From Pseudomonadota bacterium (lineage in GTDB: Bacteria > Bdellovibrionota > Bdellovibrionia > Bdellovibrionales > SG-bin7), in assembly GCA_034439715.1 (NCBI GenBank), contig JAWXAY010000033.1:32001-96000 (forward strand): a stretch of DNA of 64,000 nt, given 5' to 3'. This document shows positions 10,419 through 20,663 of this stretch, piece by piece (position 1 is the first letter of the stretch; each line of letters begins with the position of its first letter). The translations under genes and the position numbers were made by a program. The notes beneath the pieces were generated by a model. It was not told the DNA's origin. It searched no databases and saw only the letters and a program-made list of their open reading frames with translations.

Positions 10419-10823
10419 ATGCGACAAATATTAGGGGTAATTGCTTCGGTATTGTTGGCCACTAGTGGAGCTTCAGCAAGTCACAACAAACATGTAGGAG
10501 AGCCGATGGTTCTTGTTGCCAAAAACCTTATTGCTGAAGGTCAAGTAGTCATTGATGTGCGCCAAGAAGCCTGTGACGGCTATGTGAAAGGGGCTCACAT
10601 CATCTCTATCGATGATTTCTCTGCTGCCACTGATGTCACAATGGCTAAAATTTTAAAATTGGTAAACGACGATAAAACCAAGTCTGTCGCAGTTTACTGT
10701 AAATCGGGAGTGCGTTCTAAAAAAGTTATGGGCATTTTAAAAGCTCAGGGATTTTCCAACTTGCATAACTTGGGTGGCGTGGGCGAATACTACGATCCTT
10801 CGACCATGCAGAAATGCGATTAA
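10419..10823 (+). CDS. Exported rhodanese-like domain protein
   Basis: VIDVR, GAHII, VYCKSGVRS and NLGG motifs. Signal peptide begins at ATG 10419, preceded by GGAG. Confidence 0.8.
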   Translation: MRQILGVIASVLLATSGASASHNKHVGEPMVLVAKNLIAEGQVVIDVRQEACDGYVKGAHIISIDDFSAATDVTMAKILKLVNDDKTKSVAVYCKSGVRSKKVMGILKAQGFSNLHNLGGVGEYYDPSTMQKCD

Positions 10824-12080
10824 TTAGGCTGCTTTTTTTATATTTGAGTTTAAATATGAGTTGCTAGAGGTCATGGTGGAGTTCAAATGGTTTTTAGCAA
10901 CATAGGCCCGATAATTGTCTTGAACTTCATTTTTAATATGAAGCGATTCTATGTTCTTCTTTTTTAAATTCTTTAATTGTGAATCGCTGACCTTGCAGCC
11001 ACCTCTAAGATATTTTAAAAACTTTTGGTTGGAATGCAGATAGAGGTAGGCATCGAATTCGATTCTGGTTTCAGATGTGAGATTGTCGATTTTAATTTCA
11101 GACATGGTGGGATCAGGAGACGGGATAACCCGAATCATTGATTTTTCCATTTCAAAAAAAGCCATCATGACTTCTTTGCCCTTATGATTCCCGCGAGTGA
11201 CATATTTAGCCTTATGACTGGTCCACGCCTTAAAATCTACCTCATCGACTTCTAGGTGAAGAGTTTTTGTTGAGAGACCATTGAATTGCACGTAAGAGCC
11301 CATGTCTCCCATTTTAGTTCTTAGGTTTTCTACCAACGCCGCGTCGACTTCTTCGCGCCCGGCCATGACCATGACAAGGAGGCCCGAGACCGAGTCACTG
11401 GTAATTGGAATGACTGTCAATTTTTGGGTGTTGGTAATTGGCACGTGTTTTTCAATGGCGGCTTCACAAGCATTCTGAAAGGTTTTGCCAAGGTCTTGAA
11501 AAAGTACCTGTTCATTTTCCGTGTAGTTTCGGTTTTCGCTAAGCGAAATTTGACTCTGCTCCAGTAGCTTGGCATTTACATTTTTTTCGGCATTCTGGTC
11601 AATTTCAAATTTATGCGAAGTCACAACCATCGAAGTCTGATCGGGGCCTGTCAACTTTGCATTTACGCTGATGTTTTGTTTGACGTCCGTGTGTTCAGAC
11701 TGAAGTTTAGAAAAAATCGTATGCCCGCTGATCGGAGGCATAATGCTCTCGCCCTGATGACTCCTTAGTCTGCGGATGGTTGTGTTGTCGGTGGTTTCTC
11801 CAAAGGCGACTACTGGCAGTTTTAATTTATTTTGTAAAGAGGCAGGATAATTAACGACCTCATTATTTTCTCCGGTAAAGCTTACAAAAATGAAACGCGG
11901 GGGAAAAGCGCTGCAATATATTAGTAAATCACCAAAAGAGGAAAAAACTTTGACTGTCCAGCCTCGTCTTTCAAGAAACCAAACTGTAGAAGATAGTGTG
12001 CGTGGATCTTCGGCGAAGAAAACCACATGAAATGATCCGATAGAATTTAGCATCTCAAATCCAGGCTTTTGTTCTGACAC
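10824..12080 (-). CDS. Hypothetical protein with a degenerate N-terminal receiver-like domain
   Basis: 418-aa ORF whose N-terminus has a REC-like alternating beta/alpha pattern. AGAGG RBS and a sigma28-like promoter lie upstream. Confidence 0.6.
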   Translation of the reverse strand: MSEQKPGFEMLNSIGSFHVVFFAEDPRTLSSTVWFLERRGWTVKVFSSFGDLLIYCSAFPPRFIFVSFTGENNEVVNYPASLQNKLKLPVVAFGETTDNTTIRRLRSHQGESIMPPISGHTIFSKLQSEHTDVKQNISVNAKLTGPDQTSMVVTSHKFEIDQNAEKNVNAKLLEQSQISLSENRNYTENEQVLFQDLGKTFQNACEAAIEKHVPITNTQKLTVIPITSDSVSGLLVMVMAGREEVDAALVENLRTKMGDMGSYVQFNGLSTKTLHLEVDEVDFKAWTSHKAKYVTRGNHKGKEVMMAFFEMEKSMIRVIPSPDPTMSEIKIDNLTSETRIEFDAYLYLHSNQKFLKYLRGGCKVSDSQLKNLKKKNIESLHIKNEVQDNYRAYVAKNHLNSTMTSSNSYLNSNIKKAA

Positions 12081-12100
12081 CTGGCGTACCTCTTAGTCAC

Positions 12101-12127
12101 TTTTCGGCTTATTCTGTATAAAGTTTA
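12101..12127 (-). promoter_or_regulatory. Putative sigma28 (FliA) promoter
   Basis: Minus strand reads TAAA-N15-GCCGAAAA, ~20 nt upstream of the 12080 start. Confidence 0.7.
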
Positions 12128-12186
12128 GGACTTTAGTCTTGCGGCTAGGCGCTACAGTTTATTTAAAAAGCACTGCGCTTGCATTC

Positions 12187-12906
12187 TCATTTTGAAGCGC
12201 GAACGGCAAATGTAGATTCCCTTTTTGAGCCAAAACCGGGTTTTTCAATTAGAGAAAAACCACTTTGAGATAGGGCTTTTTTCAACGAGCCATTTGAGGC
12301 ATATGTTGCAAAAGAGCATGGTGTCCCCGCCATAGACTTTAAAAAGTTAACCAGCCATTCCTGTTGCCACAGCTCAGGGTTAGCCGACTTGCTATAGGGG
12401 TCAAATTGGATGACATGGTATTCTCCCAAATCGTTATAGGATAGATCTAGCAAAGGGTCGGCAAAAAAAATCCAGTTATTTTGTTGATAGAGCTTAAGGG
12501 CAAAGTTCTTAAGAACTGAGCTCTGAACATTTAAGTGGGTCTCAATATGGGACAAGATTTCGTCGTAGGTTTTTGCAAACTCATTTGGTTTCGGGTCATT
12601 AACTAACCAACTTAAAAAAGAACTTTTTAGCTGGGTTGACTTTTCAAAAGACAAGAGTGCCACGCTCTCATTGCGACGAGCGGATTTTAATATCATTGCC
12701 AAGGAAATTAACTCGATATAACCAAGCCCGAGGCCCATAACACACATTTTTAGCGGGTAGTTACGCTCAATGGCCAACTCCATATTTTTGCCATAAATAT
12801 AGAGGGTCTCCGAAAAAGCTCCTTCGCGTGCATGCATCGTTTGCCCCGAAATCGGGTCATTAAGAGAAGTGCTGCCATCATTGGTCCTGACTAACGGATT
12901 AGACAT
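12187..12906 (-). CDS. mnmD: MnmC-type (MnmD) SAM-dependent tRNA methyltransferase, stand-alone domain
   Basis: TNDGSTSL, MHAREGAFSET, GLGLGY, FDPYS...NPELW, FATYAS and PGFGSKREST motifs. No FAD oxidase domain. Confidence 0.8.
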   Translation of the reverse strand: MSNPLVRTNDGSTSLNDPISGQTMHAREGAFSETLYIYGKNMELAIERNYPLKMCVMGLGLGYIELISLAMILKSARRNESVALLSFEKSTQLKSSFLSWLVNDPKPNEFAKTYDEILSHIETHLNVQSSVLKNFALKLYQQNNWIFFADPLLDLSYNDLGEYHVIQFDPYSKSANPELWQQEWLVNFLKSMAGTPCSFATYASNGSLKKALSQSGFSLIEKPGFGSKRESTFAVRASK

Positions 12907-12959
12907 GTTTAATGGTATTACTCCATTGACTCTCCTATGAAAACCTTTATTTAAAAGAG

Positions 12960-13928
12960 ATGATTCCCTATTTTTCTATTGGACAGTATTACCGCGCTAA
13001 GTTTGGCGAAAAAATGTATAAATTGCCTGTGAGCATTGTGGATACCTGCCCCAATCGCGAAGGTCTAAAGGGAATGAAACAGTGTATTTTTTGTGATGAG
13101 TGGGGTTCGTTTGCTTATCAAGATACCATGACCAGATCATTGGCATTTCAAATAGAAAATCATCGCGAAAAGTTAAGCAAAAAACATGGAAACAGTAAAT
13201 TCTTGGTCTACTTTCAGGCCTACACATCAACTTTTGCCAAGATTAGTTATCTGAGAGAGTGTTTTGACGAAGTCCTTAAGTATGATTTTGTTAAAGGTAT
13301 AATTATTGGAACCCGCCCGGACTGTATCTCAAAGTCACTTATCGAAATGTGGCACGAGTATTCTCTAAAAACCTATTTGGCTGTGGAGTTTGGCGTCCAG
13401 AGTTTTTTTGATGAAAGACTTAAGTGGCTTGAGCGCGGGCATCCGGCTCTAAGTATTTATAGGGCCATTGAAAACATCCGAAAAGTTTCAGATTTTGATC
13501 TAGGTGTGCATTTGATGTTTGGTTTACCAGGCGAGAGTTTAGCCGAAATTATTGAGAGCGCAAAAATTATAAATCGTCTTCCCATTAACAGTGTCAAACT
13601 TCATAACCTACACGTATTAAAGAGCACACCATTGGAACAGTTATATTTAAAGGGTGAGTTTAAGCCCATTGAGCTTGAGGAATACACTTTAAAGGTCGCC
13701 GAGTTTTTGAGATATTTATCCCCGAGCGTGGCTGTTCATCGCCTAAGTGCTGTGGCTAGTCGCTGGGATGAATTGCTGGCGCCCGAGTGGACCAAGTATC
13801 ATTTAAAAACTTATCAGCATATTGTTGAGTTCATGAATCGAGAAGGCTTTCAGCAAGGACAGAAATATCATCTGAACTCACGCGAATCTCATTTGAAACC
13901 TTTTGTGCTTCCGGTGCAATCTTTATAA
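12960..13928 (+). CDS. TIGR01212 (YhcC/YtqA) family radical SAM protein
   Basis: TCPNREG..G..QCIFCD, YFQAYTST, IGTRPDC, VEFGVQS and VKLHNLHVLK motifs. Confidence 0.9.
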   Translation: MIPYFSIGQYYRAKFGEKMYKLPVSIVDTCPNREGLKGMKQCIFCDEWGSFAYQDTMTRSLAFQIENHREKLSKKHGNSKFLVYFQAYTSTFAKISYLRECFDEVLKYDFVKGIIIGTRPDCISKSLIEMWHEYSLKTYLAVEFGVQSFFDERLKWLERGHPALSIYRAIENIRKVSDFDLGVHLMFGLPGESLAEIIESAKIINRLPINSVKLHNLHVLKSTPLEQLYLKGEFKPIELEEYTLKVAEFLRYLSPSVAVHRLSAVASRWDELLAPEWTKYHLKTYQHIVEFMNREGFQQGQKYHLNSRESHLKPFVLPVQSL

Positions 13929-14889
13929 GTTCTCCGCGCCGGTACTCTGGCGGGGTGCCATCTCTTTTTAGCCAAGATAAAAATTCGCGATCAGGACTTC
14001 GGCAAACCATTTGTCTAAATTTACCCTTCTCGTTTTTTTGATCTCCAGTGAGTCTTGCAAACTGTGATATTGTATTTGGTGGAGGACTGCGGCTGGCCGC
14101 TAAAAAACTGTAGGTCAGAGTTTTATTTTTTATGGGCAAATGTTTTTCAAGGTCGCCAAACCATTTAGGTTGTTGCCAGAATACTCGGTGGTGACACCAA
14201 TCGCTTTTCGTCGGCAAAAGGGGACAATCTTTCAAATGTGTGCAGGGCGCCCACAGATGAAACTTATTAAGGCGTAAGGTTTCACGCGTCGACAGTAAAT
14301 TTCTACCGTTTATTCGATCTGAGGGCTCAACGATAAGTACATTATTAAATTTTTCCCAACCGTCTGGCAAGTGGCCAAGCTCTAGGAGTGCATAAGAAAG
14401 TATGAGTAACTTTTTTTCGGGATGTGAAACCTCACTTAATTTTAAATCACTATGCCACGTCAGCTCAGCTGCCGGTAGTTCTGTTGCTTCTTTGGGGTAA
14501 AGCGATTGGAAGAGTGCGGGCGCATGTTTATAGCGCTCAATGCAAATACCCGAGCTTAAATCAATTAAGCTGTCGTTCAGAGCGCACGGAAAGGTCCCAG
14601 GCCCACTTCCAAAATCTACAAAGGATTTAATGTCCTTAAAAAAACCCACTCGGTTTGCTTCGTAGATTGCTGAACAAGCGCGAATATAATTAAGCGGAAA
14701 AAAATAGGCAATATAAGCTGCAAGGGCAGCCGGTTGCTCCCACGGAGTGATTCCCACTCTGTGAATATAGTGGTCTGATAGAGCTAAAATCGCATTTGCC
14801 AACTGCTTTGGCTTGGCAAAAGTGAAACCCTGTTTATTTAATAGGACCTCAAGACGATTATAGTAGTGTTCGGGAAATGAAAATTCCAT
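13831..14889 (-). CDS. Rsm22/METTL17-like small-subunit ribosomal methyltransferase family protein
   Basis: AYIAYFFP, DFGSGPGT, SYALLEL, IVEP and APCTH...CPL...WCH motifs. Confidence 0.8.
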   Translation of the reverse strand: MEFSFPEHYYNRLEVLLNKQGFTFAKPKQLANAILALSDHYIHRVGITPWEQPAALAAYIAYFFPLNYIRACSAIYEANRVGFFKDIKSFVDFGSGPGTFPCALNDSLIDLSSGICIERYKHAPALFQSLYPKEATELPAAELTWHSDLKLSEVSHPEKKLLILSYALLELGHLPDGWEKFNNVLIVEPSDRINGRNLLSTRETLRLNKFHLWAPCTHLKDCPLLPTKSDWCHHRVFWQQPKWFGDLEKHLPIKNKTLTYSFLAASRSPPPNTISQFARLTGDQKNEKGKFRQMVCRSPDREFLSWLKRDGTPPEYRRGELIKIAPEAQKVSNEIRVSSDDISVLAESLLDS

Positions 14890-14905
14890 GACTTATTATA
14901 GGCCT

Positions 14906-14932
14906 ACCATATAGAATGCCACCATATAGAAT
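14906..14932. repeat. 12-bp direct repeat ACCATATAGAAT x2 in a divergent promoter region
   Basis: Copies at 14906-14917 and 14921-14932. Confidence 0.8.
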
Positions 14933-14970
14933 TTTGGTAAGATTGCAATAGCAGAAGCAGAGGAGAAATT

Positions 14971-15816
14971 ATGTGGGGAATCATTGGCGGCACTGGCTTT
15001 GAAAAAATCGAGGGTTTTGAGATTATAGAGGATTTAAGTCCGGAGACTCCTTTTGGACCGGCGTCCTCTTATTTTAAACGCGTGCGTATTGGCGGAACTG
15101 AGTGCCTTTATCTCTCTCGTCACGGAACCCATCATGAACAATTGCCCTCAGAAGTAAATTATCAGGCCAATATTTTTGCCTTAAAAAGATGGGGAGCCTC
15201 GCGAGTTCTAGCTTTTTCGGCAGTCGGAAGCCTTGAGGCAGCCTGTAAGCCAGGTGATATGGCGATAATTTCTCAGTATATTGACCGCACCAAAGGTGTA
15301 CGTAAACACACTTATTGTGGCGAGGGGATTGTGGGCCATGTATCGCTCGCGTACCCTACTTGCTCCGCTTGGATGAAAGCCATTCAAGATTTAAAGAGCG
15401 AGTTTGATTTCCCTATCCATTTTGACAAAACATATTTGTGTATCGAAGGGCCTTACTTTTCTACTTTTGCCGAAAGTGTAAGTTACCAAAAAATGGGGGC
15501 GCATATTATTGGCATGACTCAGGTGCCTGAGATGAGTCTCGCACGCGAGGCGGGGCTTTGTTATTTGTCTTGCTGTTTTGTAACTGATTTTGACTGTTGG
15601 GATACTTCGATTGAACATGTTACTCAGCAAGAAATTATGCGCATCTTAAAACAGAATGCCAGTCGTGGTTTTTCTATTCTTGAAAGATTAGCTAGAACTA
15701 CTGACGAGGATATTGATGACTGTAAATGTTCCGCCCAGGGATTAAAAAATGGCTTGATGTCGCCTTTGTCGTCGCTCACTGATTCCCAGAAAAAATGGAT
15801 GTCTGTAATTTACTAA
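14971..15816 (+). CDS. mtnP: S-methyl-5'-thioadenosine phosphorylase (MTAP family)
   Basis: GIIGGTG, TPFGPAS, LSRHG, VNYQANI.ALK, SAVGSL, EGPYFST.AES, IGMT..PE..LARE and VTDFDCW motifs. AGGAG RBS. Confidence 0.92.
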   Translation: MWGIIGGTGFEKIEGFEIIEDLSPETPFGPASSYFKRVRIGGTECLYLSRHGTHHEQLPSEVNYQANIFALKRWGASRVLAFSAVGSLEAACKPGDMAIISQYIDRTKGVRKHTYCGEGIVGHVSLAYPTCSAWMKAIQDLKSEFDFPIHFDKTYLCIEGPYFSTFAESVSYQKMGAHIIGMTQVPEMSLAREAGLCYLSCCFVTDFDCWDTSIEHVTQQEIMRILKQNASRGFSILERLARTTDEDIDDCKCSAQGLKNGLMSPLSSLTDSQKKWMSVIY

Positions 15817-16080
15817 ATTTTTTGAGACTAGTCGGGGCCTTTTTTTCAGGTACTTTTCGTGGGCTTTGAACTGTGGTGCAATGTCCGCGCTCTTTCGACT
15901 AAAACCTAGACGCCACACTCCTCACTCTTCTCGTAAACGCATTACGACTCAACTAATCGTCGTAGCATTTTGGCGTATCTTCGTCCTTCGGGCATCGCAG
16001 TTTTTACGCCAAATATTTAATACATTTAGATTTTGCTATCGTAGATATTTGACTGGCCTGTTCAAGTTCTAAATGCAACG

Positions 16081-16620
16081 ATGAAATCAAAACAATTGTC
16101 ATTTTTCAAAAAACTAACACTTGAGCATGGTGGGACTTTGGGAAAGGGTAAACGCAAGGGTGCGAGACCGATCTCGACGAAACACCCCATTCACCTTGTT
16201 TATCGGGCTTCTAAAGCTAGAGCGAAGCTCTCTCTTCTAAATTTCTCTCGACGAATAGACAAAATTCTTTCTCAACAGGCTCAAAAGTTTGGCGTTTCGA
16301 TTTACGAAAAGGCTAACTCTGGTAACCACCTTCACCTCTTAATTAGAGGTAAAAAGCGAGTGGGAATTCAAAAATTTTATATTTCTACGACAGCGCTTAT
16401 AGCACGCCTCGTGACAGGTACAAAAAAAGGTAATAAGTTTGGGAAATTCTGGGATCACTTAATATTTTCTAGGGTGCTCACCTCCTGGAGTCGTGAATTT
16501 TTGGATTTGAAGGATTACCTTGTACAAAACACACTAGAGACTTTAGGCCTTGTGCCCTTTAGGGCACGGCTGCGGCACGGAGCGCGGCATACGAACTTGG
16601 CGAGATCAAATTCAAGTTAA
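16081..16620 (+). mobile_element. Solitary HUH/Y1 tyrosine transposase (IS200-like / REP-associated RAYT-like)
   Basis: PIHLV, GNHLHLL (HUH), FWD..FSR and DYLVQN (catalytic Tyr). No tnpB adjacent. Confidence 0.8.
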
Positions 16621-16655
16621 TTAAGTTTTGGCCCATAGAACCATAAAATTGATGA

Positions 16656-16688
16656 TGAAAAGAAACCCTGAAAAGAAACCCTGAAAAG
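16656..16688. repeat. 13-bp tandem repeat TGAAAAGAAACCC x2.5
   Basis: Copies at 16656-16668 and 16669-16681, with a partial copy at 16682-16688, just downstream of the transposase. Confidence 0.85.
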
Positions 16689-16823
16689 TTCAATATGCAT
16701 TTTTTTCCACTTATCCCAAAGTGAGATTTTTTTGGACAGAGCAACTCCGACGAGTCAACACTGCCCAACTAACAGTCGCATGTAAGAATTTGGCTGGCGT
16801 GGTCTCCTAAAGTGCTTTAAACT

Positions 16824-16839
16824 GGGAATACAAATTGCA
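16824..16839 (+). promoter_or_regulatory. Possible sigma54 promoter
   Basis: GGGAATACAAATTGCA has correct GG-N10-GC spacing, upstream of 16913. Confidence 0.4.
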
Positions 16840-16912
16840 GCTTAGTAATGTGGAAATACGAATTAAAATGTGAAACCACGAATTGTAGTCTCAGAATGAT
16901 TCGGATGTAAAA

Positions 16913-17302
16913 ATGAATAAATCGTTAAGAACAGGCACGCTTGCAATTACTTTTTTGGTTTTGTTGGCATTTGGCTTTCAAAACTGTGCCGAAAAACCAT
17001 TGGAAATAAACCTTCAAAACCAGGGTAGTAATGTCCCTCTTAAATTGCTTTCTGATTGTGACGTTATCCCTGGAAATACTTCCCAGCTTCCGTTTTCAAG
17101 CTGCGGTGTTTATGATGGTTCGAATCAGGTAGTTTGTTCCTGTAGCCATACTAGCCAACGCTTAATAGAAAATTTCTTTACTTCGAGCGGAGATAGAGAA
17201 CATTGGCTCTCAGTTTACCCAAACAATACTATTTCTTATAATGGGCCGACTCAATACACAAACACCGGGCTATTCAAATTCATGGTTAAATACACCTATT
17301 GA
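16913..17302 (+). CDS. Hypothetical lipoprotein-like protein (FQNC signal)
   Basis: Hydrophobic N-terminus ending AFGFQNC, with several further Cys. Confidence 0.7.
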   Translation: MNKSLRTGTLAITFLVLLAFGFQNCAEKPLEINLQNQGSNVPLKLLSDCDVIPGNTSQLPFSSCGVYDGSNQVVCSCSHTSQRLIENFFTSSGDREHWLSVYPNNTISYNGPTQYTNTGLFKFMVKYTY

Positions 17303-20148
17303 TAACTTTCCATTGGTTCACATGAGCAATTAAAATTTTTATCGCCGTAAGCATTGTCGACGCGTGAAACTGGTGGCCAGTATTTGTGCTCGCGTAGCCA
17401 GGGTTTCGGAAAAGCAGCCACCTCGCGAGAGTAGGGGCGATCCCATGTCGAGCGCAACAATACACCACTCGTGTGGGGCGCATTCCTCAGGGGATTGTTA
17501 TTGCGAGGCATTTGACCTGTCTCCACTAACTTAATTTCTTCATAAATACTAATCAGTGCATCACAAAAACGATCAAGCTCTGGCAGCGACTCACTCTCCG
17601 TAGGTTCAATCATAAAAGTGCCGGGTACGGGAAACGACATAGTCGGGGCATGAAAGCCATAATCCATGAGACGCTTTGCCACGTCATCGACTGAAACATC
17701 AGTCGCGTTTTTAATGGGACGCAAATCAATAATACATTCGTGCGCAACTAAACCATTCTTACCTTTGTATAACACCGGAAAATAGCGATCGAGTCGATTC
17801 GCCATGTAGTTGGCATTAAGAATGGCGATTTCAGTGGCCTCGCGCAGACCTTCGGAGCCCATCATTTGAATAAATGCCCATGATATTGGTAGAATTCCGG
17901 CACTGCCCCATGGCGCTGCTGACACTGCGGATGTTCCTGTCTTCGGGCCACACTCGGGCACCACAACGTGCGAAGGCAAAAAAGGCGTTAAATGTTTAGC
18001 CACACCGATTGGCCCCATGCCGGGTCCGCCTCCACCATGAGGAATGCAAAAAGTTTTATGGAGATTTAAGTGGGCGACGTCCGCACCAAATTCAGCCGGC
18101 CGACATAAACCCACAAGCGCGTTCATGTTAGCGCCATCCATATACACTTGCCCGCCGTGATCATGTACGATTTTGCAAATGTCCTTTATGCTTTCTTCAA
18201 ACACACCATGAGTAGAAGGATAAGTAATCATAAGTGCCGAAAGATTTTTTTGATTTTCTTTGGCTTTATTTTTTAAATCTGCCACATCTACATTTCCGCT
18301 CGCATCACAAGCTACCACCACGACTTTAAATCCAGCCAGTACCGCGCTGGCTGGATTAGTTCCATGAGCCGAACTAGGTATTAAACAAATGTTTCTATTT
18401 TTTTCTCCACGCGATAAGTGGTAAGCATTAATAATCAACAAGCCCGCATATTCGCCCTGCGAGCCGGCATTAGGTTGGAGCGACATAGCCGAGAATCCAG
18501 TAATGTCGGCGAGCCACTTTTCAAGTTCTAAAAAAAGCTGCCGGTAGCCCACGGTTTGTTCCTGAGGAGTAAAGGGATGTAGATTACAGAACTCAGGCCA
18601 AGTGACAGGGTACATCTCGCTCGTCGCGTTTAACTTCATGGTACATGAACCCAACGGAATCATTGATGTTGTGAGTGAAAGGTCTTTGGCTTCAAGCCGG
18701 TGTATGTAGCGCAGCATTTCCGTTTCTGAGTGGTATTTATTAAAAACATTTTGTTTTAAAAAGTCAGTTTTTCGGAGCAGATTTGGCCCCAAAGCAAGAG
18801 CACTCTCCACGAGAGATTTCTCGCTCACAGAATATTTTTTACCAAGCGAAAGTGCACTCAAGAGCAAGTTTAAATCACCCAAAGAAATAGATTCGTCAAA
18901 AGAAATCCCAAAACTATTTGGACTGACTTTTCGTAAGTTTATTTTTTGCGCCTCACACGCTTTTAAGATTTCAGATGTTTTTTCAGTTTCTACCGTTAGT
19001 GTATCGAAAAAAACGTCACCCTTAATTTTATAGCCAAGTTTTAGTAGTTCCGCGCGCACAAAAACTGTCATTCGGTGTACCCGTAATGCAATATTTTTTA
19101 AGCCTTGGGGGCCGTGGTAGACCGCATACATGCTGGCCATCACGGCGAGCAGAACTTGCGAGGTACAAATATTACTTGAAGCTTTTTCGCGACGGATGTG
19201 TTGTTCACGAGTTTGCAGGGCAAGTCTTAACGCCAGATGGCCTTCTGTATCTTTTGAAACCCCAATAAACCGACCGGGGACCAGGCGTTTAAACTCATCC
19301 CGAGTCGCTATAAATGCGGCGTGCGGGCCACCAAAACCCATGGGTACGCCGAACCTTTGCGAACTGCCAATGGCGACATCGGCGCCCATTTCAGCAGGGG
19401 ATTTGACCAATGTAATGGCTAAGAGGTCACAGTTCATAATTATCATAGCACCTTGAGCCTTGGCTTTTTTCACACTATTTTCTAAATCTCTTATTTCACC
19501 ATCCAAACTTGTCTGTTGTAAAAAGGCAGCAAAAAGAGGCTCGTTAAAGGCATAAGATTTTGGGTCATCTATAATGAGTTCTAAACCAAGAGGTGTTGCC
19601 CTCGTTTTTAAAACCTCAATGGTTTGTGGAAACGACCTGAGATCAACAAACATTTTTTTTGAAGAATGGCTTTTTGCACTTTTCGCATTAAAACATAAAA
19701 ACATAGCCTCTGCCGCGGCCGTGGCTTCATCTAACAGACTCGCGTTTGCAAGATCAAATCCGGTCAGTTCCATGATCATAGTTTGAAAATTCAAAAGTGC
19801 TTCCATGCGGCCTTGAGAAATCTCAGCTTGATAGGGCGTGTAAGCAGTATACCATCCCGGATTTTCGAGAATATTTCGTTGAATGACAGGGGGCGTGTGG
19901 GTGCCGTAATATCCCATTCCAATATAGGATTTAAAAACCTGATTCTTGCCAGCGATTTCTCGAGCTCGAATAAGAGAGTCGGATTCAGAAAGTCCTTGTC
20001 CTATTTGATACGGCTGCTGGGTTCTAATATTTGCCGGGACAGTTTTGTTGATCAGCTCATCGAGGCTAGTTAGACCCAAACTATCCAGCATTTTTTTTTG
20101 TTGTGCAGCATCGGGTCCGATATGGCGGCGTGCAAATGTAAAAGACAT
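17296..20148 (-). CDS. gcvP: Glycine dehydrogenase (decarboxylating), glycine cleavage P protein
   Basis: [53 protein letters not shown] and [18 protein letters not shown] motifs. Likely start ATG 20148. Confidence 0.97.
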   Translation of the reverse strand: MSFTFARRHIGPDAAQQKKMLDSLGLTSLDELINKTVPANIRTQQPYQIGQGLSESDSLIRAREIAGKNQVFKSYIGMGYYGTHTPPVIQRNILENPGWYTAYTPYQAEISQGRMEALLNFQTMIMELTGFDLANASLLDEATAAAEAMFLCFNAKSAKSHSSKKMFVDLRSFPQTIEVLKTRATPLGLELIIDDPKSYAFNEPLFAAFLQQTSLDGEIRDLENSVKKAKAQGAMIIMNCDLLAITLVKSPAEMGADVAIGSSQRFGVPMGFGGPHAAFIATRDEFKRLVPGRFIGVSKDTEGHLALRLALQTREQHIRREKASSNICTSQVLLAVMASMYAVYHGPQGLKNIALRVHRMTVFVRAELLKLGYKIKGDVFFDTLTVETEKTSEILKACEAQKINLRKVSPNSFGISFDESISLGDLNLLLSALSLGKKYSVSEKSLVESALALGPNLLRKTDFLKQNVFNKYHSETEMLRYIHRLEAKDLSLTTSMIPLGSCTMKLNATSEMYPVTWPEFCNLHPFTPQEQTVGYRQLFLELEKWLADITGFSAMSLQPNAGSQGEYAGLLIINAYHLSRGEKNRNICLIPSSAHGTNPASAVLAGFKVVVVACDASGNVDVADLKNKAKENQKNLSALMITYPSTHGVFEESIKDICKIVHDHGGQVYMDGANMNALVGLCRPAEFGADVAHLNLHKTFCIPHGGGGPGMGPIGVAKHLTPFLPSHVVVPECGPKTGTSAVSAAPWGSAGILPISWAFIQMMGSEGLREATEIAILNANYMANRLDRYFPVLYKGKNGLVAHECIIDLRPIKNATDVSVDDVAKRLMDYGFHAPTMSFPVPGTFMIEPTESESLPELDRFCDALISIYEEIKLVETGQMPRNNNPLRNAPHTSGVLLRSTWDRPYSREVAAFPKPWLREHKYWPPVSRVDNAYGDKNFNCSCEPMESYQ

Positions 20149-20189
20149 AAAACCCCTTAACAGAATTAGCATAAAGCTTAGGGAGATGT

Positions 20190-20663
20190 CTATTGCCGGG
20201 CTTTTTGTTCTTTTACGATTTCAGTAAGGGCGGCGGAAGTCGGGCTCGAGTATTCCATGCCTTCCACAAACTTATGGTTTTCACGAGTATCAGCATCAAG
20301 CTTACCAATAATGACATTGGCCTTGCGCAATCTCTCAGCAAGACTAGTCAACATTGACCTCGCCCAATCAGGCAGTTCATCCAAAATAGTGTTATAGGCG
20401 GCTTCGTCGACCATTACGGCGCGCACTTCAGTTAACGCTTGGGCTGTTGCAGAGCGAGGCTGTTGGTCTAAAAGTGCAAACTCGCCAAGAGAGTGACCTT
20501 CTTCAACTACCGCGATTGAGAGCTTGTTTCCTTTAGGACCTTTTTTATGGATCTCTACTCGGCCTTCTTGAATTACGTAAAACTGAAAACTTTTTTCGCC
20601 CTCGTTAAAAAGAATATCGCCAGCGTTAAAGCGTACGCCTTCCAATTGTTGTTTTTCAAACAT
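20190..20663 (-). CDS. Cyclic-nucleotide-binding domain protein
   Basis: [22 protein letters not shown] and [18 protein letters not shown] motifs. No HTH. Confidence 0.88.
   Translation of the reverse strand: MFEKQQLEGVRFNAGDILFNEGEKSFQFYVIQEGRVEIHKKGPKGNKLSIAVVEEGHSLGEFALLDQQPRSATAQALTEVRAVMVDEAAYNTILDELPDWARSMLTSLAERLRKANVIIGKLDADTRENHKFVEGMEYSSPTSAALTEIVKEQKARQ

Noticed and set aside
15866..16072. 68-aa ORF upstream of the transposase
   Set aside because: TTG start, no RBS and no motif; the region is better explained as a structured non-coding leader.
16081..16620. IS605/IS200 element with TnpB or defined ends
   Set aside because: No tnpB, and element boundaries cannot be defined from a single copy.
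20149..20189. Glycine riboswitch ahead of gcvP
   Set aside because: Only ~40 bp separate gcvP from the upstream gene, and no aptamer motifs are visible.
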